NCBI RefSeq assembly: GCF_963853765.1
Contig: NC_088854.1
Span: 25,482,001 to 25,546,000, forward strand
Source: Magallana gigas
Lineage: Eukaryota
Length of the DNA stretch: 64,000 nt
Direction of reading: 5' to 3'
Position numbers and translations under genes: made by a program
Notes under the pieces: generated by a model
Seen by the model: only the letters and a program-made list of their open reading frames with translations
Told to the model about the DNA's origin: nothing
Database searches by the model: none
Shown: one piece after another, positions 1-12,164 of the stretch
Layout of the letters: every line of letters begins with the position of its first letter
Position numbering within the stretch: the stretch's first letter is position 1

Positions 1-387
1 TTTGGCACTAGTCATTTTGTCAAAGATATTAATTTCTATGGTTTTCATCATTTGTAAACAAATACAAGACTCAAGCTTTGTTTACATTACAATGATTTCT
101 TACGTCTGCATCTCGCTTGTAACTTGACTTTTAACATTCAAGGTTTTGTCAATCATTCAAAATGCACGAGTTTTTAATATTTTAACTAAAAAATAAACAA
201 ACTTTTGATCTAATCGTGTCTAGATCCCTTTAAATCAACTCGAACTTTCAATCCTTACAAATTTATTAATTTTGTACCCATATTTTCTATGATTGTACAT
301 GTATGTAGCTCCCTTGATCTCCTTTATTTAAGTATGTCATCTTATTTGCACTTCTTACCAAACTAGAAATCAGGATATCAATTACAG

Positions 388-3300
388 GTCCTTAAAAACC
401 TGATCAATGCTTCGCTGGACCAGGCAGAAACTGACGAGTATCAGACCATTGCGTTTCCCGCTCTTGGGACTGGCATGTTGGGGTATCCGACAGATAGAGT
501 CGTAGAAATCTTTTTTTCTTGCTTAGAGCACGCCTCAACTCGAGCCCAGTCACTAGAGGACGTTTTCCTCGTCATCTTCCCAAAGGACCGTGATACATTC
601 AAAGTAGTAACATTACTTATATATGTGTTTTTCAGTATCGTTTTATATATTAATCAGAATGATGATGGTTTACTAGAAATTGATATACATGTACAGACCT
701 TTTAAGTACATTTAATATTTAGAACACATAAATCTCTCTAACGCAGTTTTTTCTGCAAACAGATATGTAATCTTATACAATTGTCACTGTTTATGTATCC
801 CAACCCCATATCCTCTTGCGTAAATATCTCAGTTTAAATTGCAACTATATTTATCTATATTTATTACGAAGTAGTTGACACGAATATCCGTAATCAATAA
901 ATCAACAAAAGCACGTTTTTTTTTCAAAAATGAACTCAATGTCTACCCAAGTTATTCGAGTATAATCTGGGATGGGACAGTTTACGCATTTTGTAAGGTC
1001 AAGCGCAATATTAGTACGCTTTTGACGTTGGTGCATTGTGACATGTCTTGTGACCTGCAATTATACAAATTAAATAATTTTTTCTATCCAATCAAATACA
1101 GCATTACAACCAGATTTAATGTATATGCGATTAGACGTTTAACTAATAGATACATAGAAATCTTGTTTTGCAATTTGTAAATTTGAATTGTCTATTTCAG
1201 AAATTTTTGACTGTGGCTAAGGCAAAGACGGGTAAGATAATGAGACCTTTTATAATCTATTAAAAGTAGAATCAGCATATCATACATTAGTTAATTCTGA
1301 TTTTATAGCTAATTCAAAAAAAAGAAAGTATGGTGGCACAAGAATTGGGAATGTTAATGTTAAAGTGGTAGTTGGCGAGATGAACAAAGTAAAGGTACGT
1401 GGATGCTAGTTCATTTTCTCCAAATAAAAATTAGCTGTTTCAACTTAACATCAAGTATTTGATATTGTAATGCAAGATGAAAAAAAATTATTACTGATTG
1501 AAAGCCGTTTATATAAGGCAGACGTCATAGTATGTAGTGGACCGACTGACTTGCAGCTGAGCAATAAAGGACTGTCACAATCCCTCTCAGACGTAGCAGG
1601 GCCAGAAATGCAAGATGAACTAGACCAAAGATACCCAGATGGTATTGAATATGGAGAGTTTGCTATCAGCAAGGGTTATAATCTTCCATGCCGATATGTG
1701 TATCATGGGGCTCTACCAAAATGGTCAACAACGGATCCCGATCCCTCTTTCGTAAGCATGTTCCATATTTTTATCAAATAAGATCGTATATCCATTGTAA
1801 ACATTTCTTGCTCTTTGACCTTTTTTTCTTCTAATTAGGTATAATTTTAATTTTTCAGACAATGGAAGAGCTAATAGACAACTGTTTGGAAACAGCGGAC
1901 CGTCACAATACAAAAACAATAGCCTTTCCTACGCTTGGGGTTGGTTCTTTGTTATATCCTGTCGAGGAATCTGCCCAGCTAATGGGGGAATGCATTAGAT
2001 ACTTTTGCACAAATCATTCTGGAGTCAACATCAAAACAATAATTATAGTGGTGTACAGAGGCAGTTCGAACTATGCAGATGTCTTTGAGGTAGATATAAG
2101 GAAAAAATCGTTCAAATAACATACTATAGTACTAGAATATGTTTTGATAATACTAATAAATGCAAATTGTATTTTAAGGAGTTTAAAAAAGAATTGTCAG
2201 GAGGACCATTGGCTGCCTCTGGATCCCATAAACTTCAGGGTGCTTAGACTTTTTTGTATTTGCTAGTTTCAAATAACTTGGTCATTCTAATTTAAACTTG
2301 ACAAAAACAGTATTTGACGCTAAAGGCTTAAAGTTAAGAAATGTGCAGCACTTATGCAATAACAGACCAATTATGTTAGGGTTTCTTTAAAGCAAACACC
2401 TTGACTTCTTAATCTGCACAATATAGAAGTGACATTCTCTGTTTGAATCTCATATATTTGATACATAACCTGAGGAAACTTTCTATCGCATACACTTGTT
2501 TATAAAACGGATAAAGATAAGTGTGTTCCGAAACATTTCGTGTTTCACATCTGTGATGATTGTTATTTTATAATAAATTCATTAAAACTGGATAAATTGT
2601 CGTACACTTAATATTTGACCACTCCTCCAAATGCAAGTACGAACTTTTAATCAGTCCTTATAAATTGATTTGATAATCGGATAATATTTTGCCACAAATA
2701 AAAATAGCTTATGCACGATGTACATTTGTACTTATTTATAGTTATCTGATTTCTTTATTAAGCTTTACCGGTGACTGTCGTATCTCGACAATCCCATTCT
2801 GAGCAGATTGGTAACTTAACAGTGTCCCTGCATGTTGGGAACATAACTGAACACCAGGTGATCACCAGACTCTTGTATTATAACGAAACTCCATGTTATG
2901 AATTTCAATTTATTCTTTAAAAAAATACACTAGTTTAAGTATGAATTTTTTCAACCTGTCGTTGATATAGGTAGACGTAATCGTCAACAGTGTGGGGTCC
3001 GATTTCTCCATGTCGTCAGGGACGGCGGCGGCCATTCAAGCAGCCGCTGGACCCGGACTGTTGGGAGAACTGGAACAAAACTACCCAAGGGGAATCAAAG
3101 AAGGTCAAATCGCTGTGGCGAAAGGCTCTAACCTGAGATGTAAGGAAGTGTTTAATGGAACTATCTTGCCATGGTATTCAAAACGTTCTTCAAATGTCAA
3201 ACTTCCGGAAGAGGCAAGTAGTGAGCATAAGTAATGTCTTCAATTAATATATGTTGAAATATTGTAATTGATGTCTTAACTTTACATCCAATTAATTATG

Positions 3301-4988
3301 AATCAAAAAATGTTAGATTTTGGAAGAATTTGTGAATGCTTGTTTGGAACAAGCGAACAAAAGAAATCACAATTCCATCGCTTTCCCGGCACTCGGAACC
3401 GGTTATCACAAGTTCCCTGCAGATGTAGCCGCAGGAAGCGTTGTAGCAGCCATTAACAGATTCTCAGGCCAACAGAAACAACAGAATATTAAAGACATAC
3501 GTGTTGTATTGTACGGAGGAAGCAATGATTTATCAACATTGGAAAAGGTTGAGTTTGTTTTAATAACAATTATAAATATGGGTACATATAAGGGTATCGT
3601 TGTATCAATTAAAGTTGCAATGCCAAGTGAAAGCGATCGTTCAGATAAACTGAAGAAATTGTTTTATTTTTTAAAAAAATGAATATTTTATACATGTACC
3701 TGTGTAAGTGTCAAAATGGCGCATACATCATGATTATTTACGTAACATTTACAGGAATTTAAGGACACAATAAGTCAAAGCTCCTCAGGTATGAATTATA
3801 ACAAAGAGACGGTGTTTTTATCTTAACATCTTACTAATAAGAATTTCAAATAGTTGAAAATGAATTTAAAAACAAATTTGTACGTATACTTACATTTCCA
3901 AATGCATGTTTCTTATAACCCAATCTCGTTCAGGACGAAATGCTATTAACAGTCCGGTACCTGTTTCACCCGCTGTTAGATCAGTACCACGTAGAGGTAC
4001 TCTCGCTTATCTTCAGCACAAGTGCACTGAGTCTCAAAGGACACCCTCTTACTGGACGAAAATCACCCCGAAAAAATCTCTAAAGGATTGGAATCTGCAA
4101 GAAAAGTCGGGGAAATATTATTTTCTTAATCTTGACAAGCAAACTTACAACTGTATTGAAAATGCTTTCCAAAGTACAATAGGACATACAAACGCGCAGG
4201 TTGTTAGTATTCAAAGAATAGAAAATGCTTCTTTGTTCATGAAATATGGAGATGAGTGTCAGAGATTATTTCGGAAAGTTACTGTCGAGGGTACTTTCAA
4301 ACCGCCAGATAGAATTCCACAATCTTATGGGCCAGTAAAAGTGATGTCGTTTTTGAATCAACAATTCAAAGATCACACCCATTCCGAGATCAACGAGTAC
4401 TACTTTTTTCACGCAACAAAACCTGATCTTGTGGATGTCATTTGTGGGCAAGGGCTTGATAGCAGATTAGCAAATGAAAGAGGGAGACTAGGGACAGGGG
4501 TGTACGGAGCCGAGGAAGCAAACAAGTCGCACCAATATGCAGGTATCTCATATTAGTAATTTAATTTTGTTTGGTTAAAAGACAGTGTTAGAAGGCTTAC
4601 ATTGTAATTGCTCAAACTTGGGGCTCTATTCTTTACTAAGTATGCTAGTAAATTTTTTTGGTGAATTCTTTTCAAAATTTTGACATTGATATTATTGATT
4701 CAATACCACATACATATGATGAGAAACTATTTCTTTACAGGTTGTGACCAGCAAAACCGTTATCCGATGTTTCTGGTGCGAATGGGACTAGGAGACATTT
4801 TTCTGACTCAGAAAGAGGTCAGATTCAAACGTCCTCCGTGCAAAGTCTGCACCACAAACGTGTGCTTGAACCACCAAGAACTTCACGATAGCGTAATGGC
4901 CAATGGTGGAGCTTTTTCCCACCGAGAGTTTGTGGTATACGACAGAAACCAGAGCTACCCGGAGTACCTGATTTGGTACACTGTGTAG
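388..4988 (+). CDS. Macrodomain-PARP paralog A (PARP14/15-like architecture; at least 3 macrodomains, the first partial, plus ADP-ribosyltransferase domain); 5' end lies outside the window
   Basis: Exons read by hand, all in frame: 388-603, 1201-1231, 1309-1394, 1518-1751, 1859-2089, 2179-2239, 2763-2857, 2971-3213 (GC donor), 3317-3547, 3755-3788, 3934-4542, 4741-4988 (TAG). Macro motifs DVIVNS and IAFPALGTG occur repeatedly. PARP motifs: YFFHAT, GTGVYGAE..KSHQY, HREFVVYDRNQSYPEYLIWY. Confidence 0.92.
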
Positions 4989-5671
4989 GTTAAATCAAGA
5001 CTCCTTGTGATAGATAATGATAGAGGTTACGTAACAAATTTACTCATTGAAGTGTTGACTGTGTAAATAAGTCTTTGATATTATTTTATTTACACATAAA
5101 TTGACCATTAGTAAAATGCACATTGATTGTTGTTGACGAGGTTGAAGTTGATTTTAATTATTGAATGTGTGTGTTTGTGTTTTTAAAGATTACTAGTATA
5201 TTATAAAGGATTATATACCCGGTATCATGTAGCATACATCATTAATTTTTTCCCTTATCGATCACATGTAGTGTTTTACAGATTATTACGTAAAGGTTTT
5301 CTGGATATTTTTGTTCATTTCATTATCAGAAAGTACATCTCCTTTTTCTACTGTCAGTTTTACTTATTTAAATTCATTTGAATTAATTATAGATGTATTA
5401 AAATTTTAAAATACTATATTGTGCTAACTGCAACTTTCCTAATACTTTTTTTAATGAAGACGCGAGATTATTAATAATACAGGTATTACAATATATTTAT
5501 ATTTTTTCAGTGTTTTGTGATAACATTACGAATTGAATTTGTATTGTAGAGTTCAATAAATTTTTATGGCGTAAGCGGCGTTTTTATAATTAAGAAAAAT
5601 GAAAATCACATGGATATATCGGTAATTTTAATATTCAATCGTACAATTGCTGAAAATCATGTAAAAATAAT

Positions 5672-5822
5672 GAATAAGGAATCATTCTTTAAATATTATG
5701 AGGTGATCAAATACGGTCGGGCGTGATTAAATCTATCACAGCTCATTTTAGGCTTTATTGAATTTCACCACGCCCCGACCAAAATTATCACCTCATAATA
5801 GTCAAAGAAGGATTCCTTATTC
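5672..5822. mobile_element. Long imperfect palindrome, probably part of a non-autonomous (Crypton-like) element
   Basis: GAATAAGGAATCATTCTTT..TATTATGAGGTGAT..GGTCGGGCGTG pairs with CACGCCCCGACC..ATCACCTCATAATA..AAAGAAGGATTCCTTATTC. The family assignment is from memory only. Confidence 0.55.
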
Positions 5823-6576
5823 CTTACATTCAACTAAAAAATTTATTAGTATTGTTTTGGTACTAGTAATGCAATCGACACACTGGATGGAGCATGTGAA
5901 TCCATCTTCTTTCAAAAATCTCACTCTCACCTTAATTAGAGTCTATAATTTGTGTATTCTTAATTTAGGTTAATCAATTTTATAACAGTTTGAATGATTT
6001 GAGTTTATAAAATCAATAAAATGCTTTTCAAAGGTTCATATGCTAATATATAAAGGTATGGAACACTGCAGAAAAATATGCTACTGTAACTGTGTTAATT
6101 AGAGGCCGTTTGTGTAATTCCTATTGCAATGACTTCTATTTTTTCATACAGTCAGTTTGAATACGCAAACTTTCTTTCATTACTTTATTAGGAGGTATGA
6201 CAGAGTCTTTCATGCACTGGTCTTGTCAGCAATTTCAATAGGAAGAATCAATTTAGTTTTTCACATATACTTAATAACATTACTTATATTTCGAGGAAAG
6301 TACAGGAATTGCTTATCATTCTTACAATAAAAAAAATATTTCAATGTCATTACTTATGTCTATGCTTAAAATTGTATGTATATCCTGTTTCAAGAGATCC
6401 GTAAGGAAGAAAACTACTCGTGAAAAATGGAAAAATATTAATGATCTCCTGATTTCGAAAATGCGGAAGGATATTTGGTCGTGTTGTCAAAACTCCATAA
6501 ATAACACGGCTTTTGATACACAGCTGGGGAAAATATTTTAAAAAAGAACAAACCTGTTGCTCGTATACCCGTAAGA

Positions 6577-9500
6577 ATGGCGTGTTATTACGTCCCTCGA
6601 AGATCGATGCTGGGATTCGATTCCTCCGATTCTTCTTCGGAATATGAAGATACTGACGAAGAATGTGAGTACTATATAGACCATACACAATGGCACATGC
6701 ACTCATGGCAAAATATGCACGTCTGCTTTAATTGTAAGTAGGATATAAATGTCAACTGAGCTGGTGATTCGATGTTTCCATTGTGGCAGGGTAATGTAAA
6801 CTAACTACAACACGTTTTATTCAGTCGTTTGCCGATTCATTCATTTCTATTACTGAAAATACCCCGGTTCATTTATGTGTCTGTTTTTGGATGTTTTCTC
6901 ATACTTTATACTATACAAAAGTCATGTTTACTAATTTACCTGCACGTTACATATTAGGTTCATTTACATTAATCATTCAAAAAATGATTTCGTCATGTTT
7001 AATCATATATGTTGTTATGATAACCATATGACAATATAATCTGCGCAAAGCTAAATAAAACCCGATGCTTCAACGGTAATGCGTATAAGCTTCATATACT
7101 TCACATCTATTTTATAGAATATATATTTCTTTTTAATTTTATCCAATGAATTTGTTGCGCTGTTAATTTCTATTAATCAACTAACAACAAACACATTCAT
7201 ACAAACATATTCAGAATATATAACATGGCTCAGAATAGCATACCAATACAATGTTGGGTTCATACCAAACACGAATGTAATTTTGTATCGCACATACTGT
7301 TTTGCTATTTTATGCCTATATATACAGGCCTGTTATACCTATGTTTTAAATGTATTGAATTGGTTTATTTAAAAGTGAAAATGCTCATCAGATGTTCATT
7401 ACAATATGCTATCCATAATTAATGTATATCTACGGCATTTCATTTTTTTCAAAAAGTACTTCTTCTAAGACTTGTTCAGTGGTTCGTAAAGTACGATATT
7501 GAAATAGATAGGCGTCAATAATTCCTGACCGTGTTGTGTTATATCATCACATCATACACCTAAATATTGCAGCTCATTAACAAATATTTCCCTGTCTACT
7601 TAAAGTGCACAAATGCAGTGAAACACTATGCATGAAAATAGACAGTCAACGATATTTCATGGAAAACAGCTTTAAATGAATTTTGAATTTTATAATTATT
7701 TTTTTTTACAGTTCGACAATTAAATATTTTCTGTGTAAGTCTTTAACCCATAATTCTTTAATATCAGATGGGTAGTAGGAGCAAGTCCTCCTTCATGCCT
7801 TTAGTCATAATCTAAGATAGGTTAGTCCTAAGTGAATCTTGCACAATCGTATTTTTAATAAATTTAATACATTACATTAGTTTAGATATCTCGATTGGTT
7901 TGAAAACTCCACACAAATAGATGGCAGTTAGCAGTGGCGTCGGAGGCAAACGTCGGAGGGGGGGGGGGGGTTAGACTTTTTAGAAATCTTGACAAGCAAA
8001 AAAAAAAAAGCTAAGCCCCTCGCCCCCTAGCCCCCCCCCCCCCCCCCTTTCGGTTCCGGCGCCTATGGTTAGCTTGATCATAATGTGGGAGATAATATAG
8101 AATTCATCATAAATAAGCTATAAACTTTTGAACAAGGTCATTCAAAGAATACTTTGTATCACTTTAATTCGATGGTTGAAACCGCGGCGGCAATTTGTTG
8201 TTTCTTTTGCTTTAATGTTATTGTTTTTTGGGGGGGTTTTTTGGTGACCCAATCGCGGTTGTACTACGATTTCCTAAGGCGTCTGGCGTTGGCCAAACTG
8301 TCTTTATATTTGGACTGCAGATGAATCTGCATTGCCTGTGCATTTTTACATCATATAAGGTTCACAAATGAAAGATTTTTTACCCATGCAATGTACTAAA
8401 GTTGATTTAAATCTTTTTAAGCCTCTTCCGAAGAATCCGATGGCCTGGGAGAAGCGACATACTTAACATCCAAACATTCCGTTGGAACAAGTTTTCAAAT
8501 TGGTCAAACAACTGTCATTATTGTCGCTGGGGATATCGTCCACCAACCAGTTTGTATTTTTAGATAGGCATGGTTTCGAACCAAATTTAAAATAAAGCGT
8601 AATATCATGATGAATTTCGATTTCCCGTCTTCACAGTGCACCCATTAACAACTTTAGTCACAATGGGTTCATCTTTGATATACTGGGTATTTCCAATTTG
8701 ATGTTAAATTGTTGGTTTCACTTTTGTTTGTGCTTGACAAACGTGATTTTGGAAGAACTTAGACTTGAAAAATTCATTCAACGACAAGTTTTGATGTGTT
8801 GGTTTTATAATTTTTTGATCACTTTATGTAGAATCCTAGTATTTCAAACAATCTTTCAATCATTGTCGAAATCTGTGAATTTGGTCTCCCTTACTTTTTC
8901 CGTTCAATCATTAAGGTGGATGTAATTGTGAACAGTGCAAATCCCAATCTCGATCTGACCCAGGGGAGAGCATCGAGTTCCCTCCTCGCGGCGGCAGGGC
9001 CAAGGATCCAGAGGGAGTGTCAACAGAATTATCCCCGGGGACTCAGGCCGGGGGAAATCGCCGTCACGTCCGGGGGAAATTTACGCTGTACCGCAATCTA
9101 TCATGGTGTTCTAACCAGATATTCATCGCAGCGGGATGAAAAAGTAAGTGGACATGTCTGCTGTACAATTAGATATACGTTCCTTTTGGAAGGTACTTTA
9201 ACACCAAATTCCCCTTACCCAGCATTACAGCCTCAGGTAGTTCGTGTTTTGTTGCGACGTCATGCACGTTGCATAAACATGTGGCTTACGTACGATAAAA
9301 TGTTTTTCTATCATGCAATACCAATCGTTAAAACAAAAGCAACGTCAGCTGTAGACATTCGGAGTTTGACAAAGTTTAACAATTTTTTAACAACATTTCG
9401 AGACATAACTTATGGGTCCTCAAATCACCTGGGAAAAGTTCCGCATACAAACCCGAACTTCTTAATTACTAATACTTAAAGATATGGATTCATGAAAACA

Positions 9501-12000
9501 TCTGTTCGACTTGAAAATGACCGAAAAAAAAATTCATTTTGGGAGAAGAAATCAATTTTTAACAAGAGGCCCATAGGGCCACATCGCTCACCTGAGCAAC
9601 AATGGGCGTTCAAAAGATATTGTGCCATATGGTCCCTCGGTAGAATAACAAAAAATAAATACTGTAAAGTATTCGAATTTTACACTTATTTTTGCATACA
9701 CGTAATCTTTGACATTGTACCTTCATGAAATACTATTTTTTACCAGAATAGGAAAATCCTACGCAAGATATAAAACTAAACATTTGGTAGGGGTACACTG
9801 TTAAGTTGTTAACTTCCAATTCTCTATATTTTCGTTTTGCCCCCCCCCCCCAACTTTGTAAAGCGATCAAAATATATGAGAGCATATAGGTACATTTTTT
9901 TCATCAACTACTTACTAGTTATTGTATTTTTTAAAAATATATAATGGTTATTGTATTTTATTTAAAAAATCCTACATGTATAAATGTGAAGAAGAAAATT
10001 GTACCTCAATGTGCTCAATTCCTCAAATTAAAAACATTCAAAAATTTAATTTGTCTTCTCCATTATAATTAAATTACTGTTATTTACCTCGCATACAAAC
10101 CGGGATAATTTTCCGCTGTGATATTTTCTTAGGAATAGCGATAATTACTTTATCCCCGCAACATAAATGTGTCAGAACTATGGAAACTGTTTTAAAGATG
10201 TCTTTTTTATTTACTCGTGTCTGAAAAACTATCAAAATAGATGTAGATTTCACATTATTTATTGTGTAAAGAGGGGGCCCCAGAGAGTAGGTATATACAG
10301 AATATCATTCTTTTATTTTGTTTGTACAAGTATTTAACATACTCTAATTCATATAGAATTTCTAATGTTCAACCAAAATTTCAGCGTCAATCGTAGAATT
10401 ATAAGCAAGATACAGAGCTCACAGTTTGCCTAGGTTTGAGTCATATTTTGTTCACATGAGTTTATTACATTCAGCTTTAAGATTTTCAACTTGGTATTTT
10501 CTATTTAGCATTTAAAATGGAAAAAAAGAATGGCCTCAGATTTTCAAATCTTTTATTCACTCAAGACCAGTTCACTGGTATTTGAGGTTCAAAAGCAGTT
10601 TATACAAATGTACACAAACACAGTCAAGGATCACATGTACAGCAGGAGTAATAATGACGAAAAAAGGTTAAGTTTACAATACAATAAGTTGTTAAAGTTG
10701 GTTTCTGGAAGAACAGACTTTGAAAATTTTCTTAATAAATATTCAAATTGACAAATTTTTTACTTTTTTAATCTTTAGTTTTTAAGATCTGTGTACAAAC
10801 ATAGAATTGTGAGCAAATCTCTGTATATTGATTATCATTCGAAGCTTAACACTCAAATATGGTTAGTAAATAGAAATTGTAAACAATTAAACACAAGAAA
10901 CATGCACTATAACAAATAAAGAACACAATTAATTTTTTCGAAATGAATCATATATAGACATGTATATATCTACATATTTCCGTCAGCGATATCAAACTCT
11001 ATTTAAACTGAATAAACTCGAGAAAATGCCGAGCATCTCAACAAAACCTATTGCATTAATCTACCAATACGCAAAAGATAATGCCGAATTACCGATATCA
11101 GTACTTTTTTTATACATACATACATACAGATTTTGCTTAATTTGCGCAGGTAAACAGTTAACTGTTTGATTTACCGAAGTCTCTGTTTGATTTGATACGT
11201 AAAAATCACGAAATACAGACGATAGTTCCCAGGTTACAAAGCATAATTAATGAAAACGAAACGAAAATCAGAACAAGCTAACACCAACGTCATGTGTGAA
11301 AACTGTCAACGCATTGAAATATTTAGCCTCAATTTACTTCACAAAATCGGCACCAATATATTTTGCATGTTTCAAAAATTTCCCTTCATACGCGAACTGT
11401 TGCACAACAAGCAAATTCATCATAGTCAGATCGACCCTTTTTCTTATAATGTCATGGCTGCTTTAAACAAAGAACCTCGTTTTAGGAGTATGGAATACGA
11501 GTCTTGGTAAAATGGGTATGCAAACCCGGGCCGTGGCAAAATAAAAGCCGGGGCAGATCGGCAATTCCAAATACACATTATTTTGCAGCATTATTTACAG
11601 CGAAAACAAATATACTGGTCCATCAAATATCCTGAAATTCTAATGAGATTGGCAGATTAATAACTGCCAATCTTTTGTTTTGCCCAGGCCAAGTCTTGCC
11701 TACCCATTTTACCGGATGCCGAACCCGAAGCTATTAAACTGATTGAAACACGCCTTTCCTTTATTATTATTTTCGTAATAACTCAGATTTGAAACAGAAT
11801 TAGCCCTTAATTTTTTTGCAATTTATATTTTCCTTCCCATAAGGATAATTTATGCTTAACTACGTTGAATTGGACTCAGTAGTTCTTGAGAAGAAGATTA
11901 TTAAAAATGCACACCACTTTTTTCTTTAGTTTCAAGGTTCTCTCCGCTTTGAATACAGATCAGACTTTTATTTCTGCAATTTATATTCGCCCTCCCATAA

Positions 12001-12032
<32 letters not shown>

Positions 12033-12130
12033 ATAAGCGGTTTTAGAGAAGAAGTTCAAAATGTAAAAAGTTTACAGACGGACGGACAGGCAGAGGGACA
12101 GACGGACGACGGACAAAATGTGATCAGAAT

Positions 12131-12164
<34 letters not shown>

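Noticed and set aside
1-233. Right end of a TTAA/AGGG-type (Kolobok-like) element ending CCCTTTAA
   Set aside because: The other terminus is outside the window, so TIR and TSD cannot be verified.
6689-6743. Alternative PARP-B first exon (MHSWQNMHVCFN, phase-1 donor at about 6744)
   Set aside because: The phase is compatible, but the 6577-6664 exon gives better compositional continuity with exon 2. It cannot be fully excluded without RNA data.
11251-11262. ISRE-like GAAAACGAAAC in PARP-B intron 3
   Set aside because: It lies within transposon-derived A-rich sequence where such matches are common.
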